The notes under the pieces: model-generated
Database searches by the model: none
What the model was told of the DNA's origin: nothing
Seen by the model: only the letters and a program-made list of their open reading frames with translations
Made by a program: the position numbers and the translations under genes
IMG/VR virus record: IMGVR_UViG_3300038463_000401
Reading direction: 5' to 3' (one strand)
Origin: a virus
DNA length: 64,000 nt
Part shown: positions 28,435 to 39,300 of the stretch, piece by piece
How the letters are laid out: each line of letters begins with the position of its first letter
Numbering within the stretch: the first letter of the stretch is position 1

Positions 28435-30719
28435 AGAAAAATCTGCTGCTTGGCCTGATGGCGTTCTTCAGCGCGACTGTTGCCTTGGGACAGGGCAACC
28501 CGGCCTATTACGCCGGCTCGCTCATGCAGATCTATCCGACGACAGGCATTTACCTGGACACGAGCCGCACCCTGCGGTTGGGGTCCGACAACGGCACGAA
28601 CTATGTCGAGCTTGGCGCTCCGACGGGCATGTCAAGCAATTGGAGCTTAACGATGCCATCGACAGCCGGAAGCTCCGGGCTCCCATTGGTCACCGATGGT
28701 TCAGGCAATGCGTCTTGGAGCCTGGGAAATCAATCGTCGGCGTTAACAAGCGGGTACCTGTCTTCTACCGACTGGAACACGTTCAACAATAAGCAAAGCT
28801 CTCTGACTTTTGGGTCAATCAGTACGACCACAACAGGCGTGACGATCGGCAGCGGAAACAACTCTACGGTCGGGCCTAATGTCACAGTGAACATTCAAAC
28901 GGCGAGCACGTCTCAGCCAGGCATTTTGGCTGCGGCAGATTGGAATACGTTTAATAATAAACAGCCATCCGGGAACTATATCACTGCGCTGACAGGCAAC
29001 GTGGTGGCGAATGGACCGGGTAGCGTGAGCGCTACCATTCAGGCCAACGTAGTTTCAAACTCGATGTTGTCGCAAATGGCGACCAACACCATCAAGGGTA
29101 ACAACACCGGATCGACCGCCAACGCTGCTGACCTGACCACGGCGCAAGTCGCGGCCATCTTACCAGCGTTTATTGGTGATAGCGGCGCCGGCGGAACACA
29201 AGGCCTTGTTCCTGCTCCTCCGACTGCCTCGCGGCAATATGCCGACTACCTATCGGCCAGCGGAAGCTGGGCATATGTCGATCAAGCTCAGCCGATATAC
29301 CCGGCGTTCAGCTTTGTAAATCAGACAGCGTCACCGCTGACAGCCACAAAATATGAAAACGTCGCTGTCTATACTGGCATTGATGGGTACAAGCAATACG
29401 CTGCGATTGTCGCTGGCGGCGGTACTGGTACTCTTTTTATCTACGACGTGACCGATCCAAATATCCCTGTGTACATCAACAAAATTGTATTGTCGGGGGC
29501 ATACAATTTATCCATTGCCACAATATCTGGATCGGTTTACGCGTTCATTCCTTCTAGTGGTGGATCGACTCTTTACATTGAAAACATCACAAACCCATAT
29601 TCGATCAGCACCTATTCGAGCCTTGCCTTAAGTGGTAGCCCAGGTGCTCTATACTCTTGCCAATACGCCAACGGGTATGTCTATGTCGCAACACAAAACA
29701 AGGGATTGACGGTCGTAGACGTTGGCGGTGGACTGGCTGGCGGCACACTTGCCGTGCCAATCCAAAGCTTCCAAGAGGGTGGCACAACCAACAAAACAGC
29801 GGGCGTCGCCGTCAGCGGAAACTACGTTTACACAACCAACTATCAAACGAGCTTTCCTGCCACCGTTCGATATTTTAAAACCTGGGAACTAGCGGCAGGC
29901 GGCGGCACTCTTGCCGTACCGTTTCTTGCCAATACGTTCACCGTCGCTGGTGGTCCGACAGGAACTTCAAGTAAGCCTCAGGGAGTTTCGATCAGTTCGA
30001 GCGGCACGACGGCCTTTGTCACCGACGGAAATCAGTCAGTTTACGATATTATTGATATCACCACGCCGACCAGCCCAGTCTATTTGACGTATGTGACACC
30101 CACTTTTCCAACGGTCCCCAACAACACGCTCGGCGTGGCCATTCAGAGCGGAAACTACCTTTATATTTCAAGTGGAGCCAATGCCACATACGGCGGCGCC
30201 ATAGACTTCTTTGACATCACGAATAGATCTAGTCCGGTAAAAATCAGTACGGTTTACAACAACGACCCTTCGTCGCCATTTGGCGGCATCGCACTGGCCA
30301 ATGGGTACATTTACGTTGCCGACTACGGTTCTGCAGCTGGTTTAAGTTATCTCGATATCTTCACTCAGCCTCAGATGAGCGTTCCATTTGGCAATCAAGT
30401 CGGTTCAACACTTTCTGTAAAAGGACTCACTGAGGGAATAACTCCAGTGACGGCCTCCTATACAGCGCTTACCACCGACACCACGATCATGGCCAACGCA
30501 TCGGCGGCCGCCTACACGGTCACGCTTCCAACTGCGGTAGGAATAGCTGGTAAGATCTACAACATAAAGAAAACCGACAGCAGTGCCAACGCCGTGACTG
30601 TTGGAACGACTTCGTCTCAAAACATCGAAGGCAGCACGACATATTCATTATCTGTGCAGTATAAATATGTTGACGTGATAAGCGACGGAACGCAGTGGTG
30701 GGTGATTGGAAACAATTAA
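28431..30719 (+). CDS. Signal-peptide fibre protein with LVIVD-like beta-propeller
   Basis: TTG start, MKKNLLLGLMAFFSATVALG leader; DWNTFNNKQ repeats; IYDVTDP, ENITNP, IDITTP and FDITNR propeller blades. Confidence 0.78.
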   Translation: MKKNLLLGLMAFFSATVALGQGNPAYYAGSLMQIYPTTGIYLDTSRTLRLGSDNGTNYVELGAPTGMSSNWSLTMPSTAGSSGLPLVTDGSGNASWSLGNQSSALTSGYLSSTDWNTFNNKQSSLTFGSISTTTTGVTIGSGNNSTVGPNVTVNIQTASTSQPGILAAADWNTFNNKQPSGNYITALTGNVVANGPGSVSATIQANVVSNSMLSQMATNTIKGNNTGSTANAADLTTAQVAAILPAFIGDSGAGGTQGLVPAPPTASRQYADYLSASGSWAYVDQAQPIYPAFSFVNQTASPLTATKYENVAVYTGIDGYKQYAAIVAGGGTGTLFIYDVTDPNIPVYINKIVLSGAYNLSIATISGSVYAFIPSSGGSTLYIENITNPYSISTYSSLALSGSPGALYSCQYANGYVYVATQNKGLTVVDVGGGLAGGTLAVPIQSFQEGGTTNKTAGVAVSGNYVYTTNYQTSFPATVRYFKTWELAAGGGTLAVPFLANTFTVAGGPTGTSSKPQGVSISSSGTTAFVTDGNQSVYDIIDITTPTSPVYLTYVTPTFPTVPNNTLGVAIQSGNYLYISSGANATYGGAIDFFDITNRSSPVKISTVYNNDPSSPFGGIALANGYIYVADYGSAAGLSYLDIFTQPQMSVPFGNQVGSTLSVKGLTEGITPVTASYTALTTDTTIMANASAAAYTVTLPTAVGIAGKIYNIKKTDSSANAVTVGTTSSQNIEGSTTYSLSVQYKYVDVISDGTQWWVIGNN

Positions 30720-30740
30720 ATACCTTAGCAAGGGGCTAAA

Positions 30741-31340
30741 GTGCAAGTCGTACCCGCTGGAGTGCTCTTACCCTTTGAGGTGTCGTCTTATGATGACCAG
30801 GGCGATCTCTTCCCCCTGCTCATCATCTATGACACCTCAACGGGTACGCCTGTTTTCCTTGAGACGATCGCGATGACCGCGGTGCTGGGGGGCACCTACG
30901 TCGCGTTCTTCAGCCCCGTGGGCGGCAAGAGCTACCTGCTGAGAAAGGCGTTCTACACCGACGACACCTATGCCACCCTGGACCCGCTCCGCTCCCCCGC
31001 GAGTGAGACCATCTACGCAGAGGCGGGATCCGGCGAATCCTCCACCTACACCAACGAGATGTCAACCGCCTACAACAACCTCACGCTCACCCAAGAGGTG
31101 ATAGCTTGGGCGACTCAGGACGGGCAGAGCGTCAGCGGAACGGACTGCACAGTCACCATCAAAGACTCGGCGGGCACAACGGTCTGGACGGCCACGTTGG
31201 CTGACCCCAATGGTGACGGGGTGTTCCTCTTCAGCAAAGTCATCGCGTTAACCGCGAACGAAGACTACTATGTCGTGGTGTCGATCACCGTTGACGGCGC
31301 GGTACGGACGAATATCAGACCCTTCATGACGGTTGGTTAA
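30741..31340 (+). CDS. Hypothetical structural protein
   Basis: AAGGGG RBS, GTG start, beta-rich. Confidence 0.65.
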   Translation: MQVVPAGVLLPFEVSSYDDQGDLFPLLIIYDTSTGTPVFLETIAMTAVLGGTYVAFFSPVGGKSYLLRKAFYTDDTYATLDPLRSPASETIYAEAGSGESSTYTNEMSTAYNNLTLTQEVIAWATQDGQSVSGTDCTVTIKDSAGTTVWTATLADPNGDGVFLFSKVIALTANEDYYVVVSITVDGAVRTNIRPFMTVG

Positions 31341-31612
31341 TGAGCAACAACCTCACCCTTACGGGCGTGTCGACTTTAAAGACCACCTACGACTTCACGA
31401 GCGTACCTGGTCAGCTTACGATCACGCTTACTGATATGGCCGGCCCTACGGTCGTCGGCACAATCGTTCTAGAAACCGAGAAGCACCGCGCGCTCATGGA
31501 GGCCCTGAGCGGCAACGCTGAATCCTTCGACGCACCCAACGACCCCATTCTGTTGAAGCGCAGGACGCTCCTCGACCTCAACCAAGCCACGGCGACGACG
31601 GTGTTTTCATGA
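31340..31612 (+). CDS. Small hypothetical protein
   Basis: Translationally coupled on both sides. Confidence 0.6.
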   Translation: MSNNLTLTGVSTLKTTYDFTSVPGQLTITLTDMAGPTVVGTIVLETEKHRALMEALSGNAESFDAPNDPILLKRRTLLDLNQATATTVFS

Positions 31613-32607
31613 AGATTATCACACCGTGCGTTCCGCTCGTTTTTCTTGGCAATGCCAGCATTGGTAATAACCTCGGTGCACCTGGCCCGCAGCTCCAAAC
31701 GTTCGACGCTTATTACTCCGATCCTCCGACGGTCGGCCTTGAGACGGTTGCCGCAACGGTCAACCTTGTCTTTGCGCCGCTGCCGCAGTACGTGGTGTCC
31801 GGTTATCGCGTGTACCGTAGCATCCTCGGCTTTGTTGCGCCGATCCCGCTGCCGTCTGCGCTGGCCGGCCTGACACTGATGTTATCCATATCGGGCGGCC
31901 CCACCCAGACCGTGACCTTCAACGGAGTAGACGATGTCATCACCGCAATCAATCTCGCTGTCGCCGGCGGGCGCGCCATCGCCAGTGTGGCTACCCCTAC
32001 AAATTTCATCTTCAGAGTTGGAGTTTCTACAGTTCCTGGATCACTGCAAATTGTCGGTGGAACAGCGCTGTCACTCCTTGGGCTTACCGCAAGAACTATT
32101 ACAACACAGTCCGAGTTCGGGCTGCTCGCTGCAGTACCTGCGCCGGTAGACCCGACGGTTCTCGTTGAGTTCGATGACCTTGATGGTATGCTGCAAGACT
32201 ACTACGCGATCTCGACACTAGACTCCTCTGGCAACGAGAGCCTGAAGACCGCCTTCATCCAACCGACGACAGCGACCGGGCCCGTCTGCGTGGTTCAGGG
32301 CATCGTCACCGACCTCCAAGGCGCGCGCCTGGTCGACGCCGAGGTGCGGTCAATCTTGAAGGTTGCGCCGACCAGCCTAGTCGACGGCTCCTTGGTTTCG
32401 TTGAGACATCACACCACGGTGCTCACCGGACCAGACGGCCGGTTTAACTTACCATTACTGCAAGGCGCGCTCGTTCAAATAGAGATCCGCGCGACGGGCT
32501 TCAGCCGCTACGTTACGATACCAGCACAGGCATTTGTTAACCTGACGGATCTTGAGGTAGATCTCCACTATCAGTTCTTACCAGATCCATTGCTCGGGGA
32601 GATCTAA
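31609..32607 (+). CDS. Structural protein (Ig/FnIII-like domains)
   Basis: VSGYRVYRS and DYYAISTLDSSGNES FnIII-like strands; C-domain shared with 23582-24190. Confidence 0.65.
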   Translation: MKIITPCVPLVFLGNASIGNNLGAPGPQLQTFDAYYSDPPTVGLETVAATVNLVFAPLPQYVVSGYRVYRSILGFVAPIPLPSALAGLTLMLSISGGPTQTVTFNGVDDVITAINLAVAGGRAIASVATPTNFIFRVGVSTVPGSLQIVGGTALSLLGLTARTITTQSEFGLLAAVPAPVDPTVLVEFDDLDGMLQDYYAISTLDSSGNESLKTAFIQPTTATGPVCVVQGIVTDLQGARLVDAEVRSILKVAPTSLVDGSLVSLRHHTTVLTGPDGRFNLPLLQGALVQIEIRATGFSRYVTIPAQAFVNLTDLEVDLHYQFLPDPLLGEI

Positions 32608-34596
32608 GTGGCCGATAGCCCCTCACAAGTTCAAAACCTGGACCCGAACCTAGAGTTGGGGTCTGGTAGTAATTCTGCGTCGCGCTACCCCAACCCGTTC
32701 TTCGATCTCGCTCAACAGTACATGCCTCCGACGATCAAGGAGCTGTTCCGTTGGTGCACGTTCTATTACTACAACTCGCCGATCATTGGCGCGGCGATCC
32801 GCAAGGTCAGCCGCTACCCGATTACCGACCTGATCCTAGACGACGAACTCGAGTCGGTGCGCACGCTGTGGTCGACGATCTTCAACGACTACTTGAAGAT
32901 CAAGTCCAGGCTGATGGAGATCAACCTCGACTACTACGCTTACGGCAACTCGTTCGTCTCGATGCACTTGCCGTTCACGCGGTTCTTGATCTGCCGCGGC
33001 TGCAAGAAGAGCATGCCCATCCGTCAGTGGGAGTGGAGCTTCCGCTCAGCTGTGTTCGGCTTCCAAGGTGCATGCCCCGGCTGCGGCAAGACGTGCGACC
33101 TCGACGTTAAAGACGTGCCCTACAAGGATCTCCGAGGCATCCGCCTAATCAGGTGGAACCCGGAGAACATGCAGCTCAAGTTCAACGAATACACGGGCCG
33201 CTACATTTACATGTACATGGTCCCGTCGAAGCTTAAGAACGCGATCATGCGCGGGGACAAGGACATCCTTGAGGACATCCCGCTTGTCGTGCTCGAGGCG
33301 GTGAAGAAGCGCCGCATGATCCGCTTCAATCAGGACAACCTCTTCCATCTGAAGGCGCCGACACTTGCCGAGCAGGATCAGGGCTGGGGCAAGCCACTCA
33401 TCCTGAACGTCCTGAAGGACATGTACTATTTCTACACCTTGCGCCGCGCGCAGGAAGCAATCGCCAACGAGCACATTGTGCCGTTCGACGTCATCCACCC
33501 GTTGCCAAACGGCCAGCAGGATCCGTACGTCCACACGGACCTCGGCAACTGGAAGATGAAGATCGAGGGCTTGATCAAACGCCACCGGCGCGACCCGAAC
33601 TTCAAGGCTGTCATCCCAATCCCTGTCGGGTTTGGCCGCTTAGGCGGGGATGGCAAAGCTTTGCTACTCAGCCCTGAGATGAACTTCATCACCCAGACCG
33701 TCGTTGGCGGGATGGGGCTGCCGCAGGAGTTCCTCTTCGGGGGCCTGAACTACACGGGCTCGTCAATCTCGCTTCGCACGCTTGAAAACGACTTCATTCA
33801 GAACCGCGCGCAGATGCTGGACCTCTGCATTTGGATAAAGGCCAAGATCCGCAACTGGATGGCGCTTCCCAACGTCAAGTCGATTCGGTTCGCGGACTTC
33901 CGCATGGCGGACGACGTTCAACGCAACCAGCAGCTAATTGGCCTCAACGCCCAGGGCAAGGTCTCTGACCAGACCATGCTGACTGAACTCGGTTATGACT
34001 ACGACCAAGAAGTCAAGAAGAGAATTGAGGAAATCTTCGTTGCCAACTACCTGAACGACCTGGTCGCGAAGGGTGGCGCGAAGAGCCAAGGTGAGGCGTC
34101 GCTCATCGCCTACAACTACCAGTCCAAAGTGCAAGAGCTCGCGGCGCGCGGCGCGGCCGCGGCGGATGCGCGGCTTGGCTTGCCGCCGGGGACGACCGAA
34201 GCTACCCAATCCGGCACGCCAGTTCCTGGCCAGGGAGACCCCGCACTAGAACAGGGCGCAGCTCCGTCTGGCGGGGCCGCTGGCGCATCGGAACACCCGA
34301 CTGGTGGCCAGGCTGACCAAGCGACCCAGCAAGCGTCCATGGACCAGCAGATCCAATCCAAGGTCCAGGGCTGGGCAACCAAGCTCACCCAGATGCAGCC
34401 GGCGCAGGCTCAACTTACCATATCCCAGCTTAAGTCCAAGATGCCTGAGATCGGCCTGCAGGTTGAGAAGGCCTATCGGATGCTCCTCGCGGGCGCGCAG
34501 CCTGGGGCTGGCGCTAAGGGGCCTGCGGCTGGTATGGAAGTCAACATGGATCCGATGCCTACCCAAGGCGCTCCTAGGCGTGCTGGGACGGTCTGA
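32608..34596 (+). CDS. Phage portal protein with inserted zinc ribbon
   Basis: FHLKAPTL...GWGKPLILNVL, GMGLPQEFLFGG and helical architecture typical of portals; CRGC...CPGC insertion. Confidence 0.75.
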   Translation: MADSPSQVQNLDPNLELGSGSNSASRYPNPFFDLAQQYMPPTIKELFRWCTFYYYNSPIIGAAIRKVSRYPITDLILDDELESVRTLWSTIFNDYLKIKSRLMEINLDYYAYGNSFVSMHLPFTRFLICRGCKKSMPIRQWEWSFRSAVFGFQGACPGCGKTCDLDVKDVPYKDLRGIRLIRWNPENMQLKFNEYTGRYIYMYMVPSKLKNAIMRGDKDILEDIPLVVLEAVKKRRMIRFNQDNLFHLKAPTLAEQDQGWGKPLILNVLKDMYYFYTLRRAQEAIANEHIVPFDVIHPLPNGQQDPYVHTDLGNWKMKIEGLIKRHRRDPNFKAVIPIPVGFGRLGGDGKALLLSPEMNFITQTVVGGMGLPQEFLFGGLNYTGSSISLRTLENDFIQNRAQMLDLCIWIKAKIRNWMALPNVKSIRFADFRMADDVQRNQQLIGLNAQGKVSDQTMLTELGYDYDQEVKKRIEEIFVANYLNDLVAKGGAKSQGEASLIAYNYQSKVQELAARGAAAADARLGLPPGTTEATQSGTPVPGQGDPALEQGAAPSGGAAGASEHPTGGQADQATQQASMDQQIQSKVQGWATKLTQMQPAQAQLTISQLKSKMPEIGLQVEKAYRMLLAGAQPGAGAKGPAAGMEVNMDPMPTQGAPRRAGTV

Positions 34597-34811
34597 TGAA
34601 TCACAAGACCAGGAAGACCGTAAAGATAGACACTGACGACGCCGAGGACCGCGACGCGTACGACGCGATTCTTAACGACCCCATGTGCACCATCGTTAAA
34701 GAGATCCAAGAAAAACTGACCACGATGGAATACAACGAGGATGGAAAACCATCCCACAAATCCGATAGAATAGTGCTTATCGTCACCTACGAGAAGAAGG
34801 AACTCCTATGA
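34596..34811 (+). CDS. Small acidic hypothetical protein
   Basis: Coupled to the portal gene. Confidence 0.65.
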   Translation: MNHKTRKTVKIDTDDAEDRDAYDAILNDPMCTIVKEIQEKLTTMEYNEDGKPSHKSDRIVLIVTYEKKELL

Positions 34812-35488
34812 AGCAGTTTAAAACGTTCAAGAAAACCACCGTAGGTTGGAAGCCGCAAAGCGAGTCCAGCGCGGGCCTCGGCAAGACCGCAGAAGACGCG
34901 AGCAAGGAGGAACTCCGCTCGGAACTAAAAAAGCACGAGGAGCGGGAGACCCCCGCTCAGGAGAAGGCTGAATCGGCCAAAGAACAGGAGATTGAGCGCA
35001 AAGCTGGGGTTGAGACCAAGCATGCGCATGACCTCGACGCCGCCGAGCGCAACGCGATCCCCTCCGGTGAATTTGCTGAGCCCGAAAAGCGCAAATACCC
35101 GATCGAAGACCGCGCGCACGCCGCCAACGCCAAAGCGCGAGTCTCGCAGCATGGCACGCCCGCCGAGAAGGCGAAAGTCGACGCTGCCGTCGAACGCAAA
35201 TACCCCGACATGGGCGAAAAGAAAGCCGCCGACGCCAAAGCGCTAAAAGCCCTCGCCAGTAAGGTGATCAAGAAGGAGCACCCGACCTCCATGATCATGG
35301 CCGCCCAGCGCGCGCAGAAAGCCGGCATGAAAAAGAAAGCCGACGACCCGCAAACCGCCGGCGCCGCCATGCAGAACTCGATGGTCAACGCCTTCGAAGG
35401 TAAGCCGTCGCCCTCGACCGCCTCCGCGCCGTCGATGTCCCTTGGCGCCACGATCACTGACCAGATCAACAAGCTTCGTGGCGGCTGA
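34808..35488 (+). CDS. Head-associated protein with DUF6582-like motif
   Basis: ERNAIPSGEFAEPEKRKYPIEDRAHAANAKAR; KTA and KKA punctuation. Confidence 0.65.
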   Translation: MKQFKTFKKTTVGWKPQSESSAGLGKTAEDASKEELRSELKKHEERETPAQEKAESAKEQEIERKAGVETKHAHDLDAAERNAIPSGEFAEPEKRKYPIEDRAHAANAKARVSQHGTPAEKAKVDAAVERKYPDMGEKKAADAKALKALASKVIKKEHPTSMIMAAQRAQKAGMKKKADDPQTAGAAMQNSMVNAFEGKPSPSTASAPSMSLGATITDQINKLRGG

Positions 35489-35525
35489 TAGCTAAAGAAA
35501 CCGGGAGGATTACCCCCCGGTCTTT
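35488..35525. terminator. Probable bidirectional terminator between convergent genes
   Basis: AAAGA-AACCGGGAGG-atta-CCCCCCGGT-CTTT; T-tracts on both strands. Confidence 0.65.
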
Positions 35526-35851
35526 CGGTGCGAACGCGTCCGGTGGCTCTTAAGGCCCCGGGCGCTTTTCGCAACGAACCGACACAACGTGCACGCTAGC
35601 TCCGGATCTGGCACGTGCTTACCTGAATGTTTTGAGGGAATCAGATCGAGCTGAATGCCCGTGGTGCCCACCACATTCTCCGCTGCGGCGAAGACCTCCT
35701 TTGTTTTCTCGACGAATCCAGGGTGACTCTTGAGGTACGCCCTCAAAGAGTCGCAATAGCGACGGCACACTTTGTACCGATCGAAGTGAACGCAGGCAGT
35801 GGCCGGGCGCCGACCACCGAACCGCGGGCACTCGATAAAGTGATCAAGCAC
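35510..35851 (-). CDS. Cys-rich protein with C-terminal C2H2 zinc finger
   Basis: CTLC-x12-H-x4-H at the C-terminus plus four Cys in the N-terminal part. Confidence 0.72.
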   Translation of the reverse strand: MLDHFIECPRFGGRRPATACVHFDRYKVCRRYCDSLRAYLKSHPGFVEKTKEVFAAAENVVGTTGIQLDLIPSKHSGKHVPDPELACTLCRFVAKSARGLKSHRTRSHRKTGG

Positions 35852-36264
35852 TAGCGGCCAAAGTTAGGCGCCAAGCCAGGCCAGGAATCCCCTGACGGCG
35901 GCGGCGCGTAGTTGCCTGATCTGTAATCATTTGGCCCTGGGCTAAACCCACGGGAAAAAGCAGTCGCTACCGGCGCCGGTGCAACGGGTAGCGGCTGTGC
36001 GCCACTTATCCCAAATCTCTCCTTGACCGCATCGACCTCTGGCCCATGCCCCTTCCCAAACTTCCTCCCCATCTCGATCATTGCGTGGCCACCAGCTACA
36101 ATAGCCATCTCGCCCGCTACCCTGAAGGCTGTTTTTAGTGTGAAAACCAACAGATCCCTCCAGAAGGAGGCGGTGACTAGCTGGCCAAACAAATCGTTGA
36201 CCAGCACACCTACGGACTTGACAAGTCCCTTGTTTGCCTCAATGGCAGGTTGTGGTTTCTGCAT
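35851..36264 (-). CDS. Hypothetical protein, possibly membrane-associated
   Basis: Coupled to the zinc-finger gene; hydrophobic central helix. Confidence 0.6.
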   Translation of the reverse strand: MQKPQPAIEANKGLVKSVGVLVNDLFGQLVTASFWRDLLVFTLKTAFRVAGEMAIVAGGHAMIEMGRKFGKGHGPEVDAVKERFGISGAQPLPVAPAPVATAFSRGFSPGPNDYRSGNYAPPPSGDSWPGLAPNFGR

Positions 36265-36373
36265 CTACCTTGGCCTCCTCTGTGCTAGACTTACGTGGGG
36301 CGGACAGGATAATTTCAATGGCGATTTCAAGTAGCTCGATCAACCAGTTCCCTCCTTGAAATTAACTTCTTCT

Positions 36374-36388
36374 CAAGGGGCTTATACC
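36374..36388 (-). promoter_or_regulatory. Recurrent promoter-like motif (copy B)
   Basis: Plus strand reads CAAGGGGCTTATACC, at the divergent junction before the RNAP gene. Confidence 0.55.
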
Positions 36389-36396
36389 AAAGGCCT

Positions 36397-39300
36397 ATGC
36401 GAAATTTTGACCCCACACAGCAGTTCGCTGCGATCAAGAAGTCGGCCACTGATGCGGTCAAAGAGATCTTCCCCGTTGAGGGCAAGCTCCGCACGATCCG
36501 CTTGGTAGACGTGACCGTCAACGACACGCTGGATCCGACCGACTATAAGTCGCAAGTCCAGTCCAAGGAGCGCGAAGGTACTTGGGGCGCCCCCGTCATG
36601 GCCGAGCTTGAGCTCGTGGATAAAACCACAAACAAAGTGATCGACAAGGCTAAGGTCAAACTCTTCACTTTGCCAAAGCTGACCAACCGTTTCAGCTACA
36701 TCGTCAACGGCAACGAATACCAAGTGCACAACCAGCTTCGCTTGAAGTCTGGTGTGTACACCCTGCGTAAGCAGAACGGAGAACTCAAGACGCAAGTAAA
36801 CCTTGCGAAGGGGAAGAACTTTGACCTTGCCTTTAACGAACGTACAGGATTATTCACGATCCAAAAAGTGGGCGGCGGCCAAGCGAATATCCCTCTCTAC
36901 CCTGTTCTTACTCATCTCGGTATTAGTCCTACTGGTATTGCCACTGCTTGGGGCTCTCAACTACAGCAAGCTAACTCTAAGGCCGACCCCAAAGCCGTCG
37001 CCCGCACCGAGTCAGCATTCGGGATCAAACCGGGCGAGCTGAAAGACTACCTAGCGAAGACCGTGCTAAACCCTGAGACGACGAAGACCGTGCTAGGCCA
37101 GAGCTACGAGCGCGTCGACGGCCCGCTGCTGCTCGCCGCGGCGAAAGACCTCCTGCAAGTCCACCTCGGCCAGAAGGAGCCGACCGACCGCGACTCGCTG
37201 GCGTTCAAAGAGCTGCACTCGGTCGAGGACTTCATCCACGAGCGCATCCAAAAGAATAAACAGCCCCTGGCCTTCAAGCTTCGCCGCAACGTCGACAACC
37301 TCAAGCGTGACAAATTGTCACAAATTGTGAATCCCGGCGCGTTCCAGTCGACCGTCGAAGGCTTCTTCACCCAAGACGATAAGAGCGCCACGCCTGAGCA
37401 GACCAACCCAGTCGAGATGCTCGCCGGCCAATACATGACGACGATCATGGGCTCGGGCGGCATTGGTTCCGACCATGCCGTGACGGCAGGCATGCGCGAG
37501 ATTCATCCGTCACATTACGGGTTTATGGACCCGATACACACGCCGGAGTGCTACGACCCCGAAACAGAAGTGCTAACCCAAGAAGGCTGGAAGAAGTGGC
37601 CTGACGTAACCAAGAAGGATCTCTTCGCCTGCCGTATAGACGGCGAGCTGCAATTCCATAAAGCTGAGGCCCTACACCGCAGCCACTACGAAGGGACCAT
37701 GTACGGGGCGCAGACCGGCAAGCTTGACTACTTGGTTACGCCTAATCACCGTATGCTCGTGCGCCCGCTGGACTCGAAATTAAACGCTTGGCGTATTGCC
37801 TCTGCCGAAGAGATTCACCGCAAACCCAGAACGTTCTGCACCACACATGAACCATTCAAGGGCAATAGCGACTTCACTCGCTATGCCTTTCAGTACGTGC
37901 CCGGCAGCAACTCCATGGTCCATACAGAGAGTGTGGATATCGGGGACTGGTGTGAGTTCATGGGGTGGTTCCTGGCAGAAGGCAGCACCCACATCTCTTC
38001 GAAGGTGTCTGACTACCGCGTGCACATCTTCCAAAGCAAAGAAGCCAACCCAGAGAGCTGCGCCCGGATTGAGAGACTCTTAAACCGGTTACCCTGGACT
38101 TGGAGCTTCAGCAGCGGGAACGCATACACCATTTGTGGCAAGGAACTCGTTTGCCAACTAAACGGTCAGGGCTACTGCGACACTAAGTTCATACCTACTG
38201 AGCTGCTATCTGCACCCGTCGCCGCAAGAACCAGGATGCTAGAGGCCCTCTTGCGGGGGGATGGGCGCATAGACTCTGTCAGGGCAACCGGGGTTCGCTA
38301 TAAGCAACAGGTGTTTACCACCACAAGCAAACGACTGGCCGAGGGCTTTGAGCAATTAGCCATAGGCCTCGGTTACTCAGTCCGCACTGGGCAATACAAA
38401 GACAAACGGGAAGAGCGATACCTCGACACTTACGAAGTCAGGTTACTACAGCGTCTTACCCGCTCGGCGAGAAAGCACAACAATCGTCGGAAGAGCTGCG
38501 ACTACTTTACTACCCAGTATTGTGGCGAGGTTCACTGCGCCACAGTGCCAGGCGGCCTCTTGTTCGTACGCAGAAACGGCAGCGTACCCATCTGGCTAGG
38601 CAACAGCTCGCGTGTGGGTGTAAACATGCACCTACCCATGGGCATACAGAAAGACGGTAAAGACCTCAAGATGACCGTGCTGCGCCCCGACGGCCGGACG
38701 AGCACGACGATCAACCCGACTGAAGCCTACGAAGCGCGGGTCGCGTTCCCCGGCCAAATGCCCGGCGACTCGCCGACGGTAAAGGTCCAGTACCGCGGCA
38801 AGTCTATCGTTGTTCCACGTGGAACAGTCGACTACTACACACCCGCGCCGTCGGCGCTCTTCTCCTGGTCGACCAACCTGATCCCGTTCTTGCCATCGAC
38901 CCAGGGCAACCGGTCGATGATGGCCTCGAAGATGATCGAGCAGGCTATCGCGCTCAAGCACAGGGAAGCACCGCTGATCCAAGTGGAGTCGAAACCCGGG
39001 TCGTCGTTTGAGGAGAACATCGGCAACAGCCTGGCGATCCTGGCACCGGCCGACGGCGTGATCAAAAAGGTCACGAAGGACGCGTTAGTGCTACGCACAA
39101 GCGAAGGCGACAAGATCTTCAATCTCTATAACAACTTCACGCTCAACCGTAAGTCCTTCATGAACCACGAGCCGCTCGTGAAGGTCGGCGACCGCGTCAA
39201 GAAGGGGCAAGTCCTCGCGGATAGCAACTTCACCAAGGGCGGCACGCTCGCGCTTGGCACCAACATGCGTGTGGCCTACCTCCCCTATAAAGGTCTGAAC

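Noticed and set aside
2047-35574. Numerous long antisense ORFs opposite structural genes
   Set aside because: These are typical shadow frames in GC-rich coding DNA, with no motifs or RBS.
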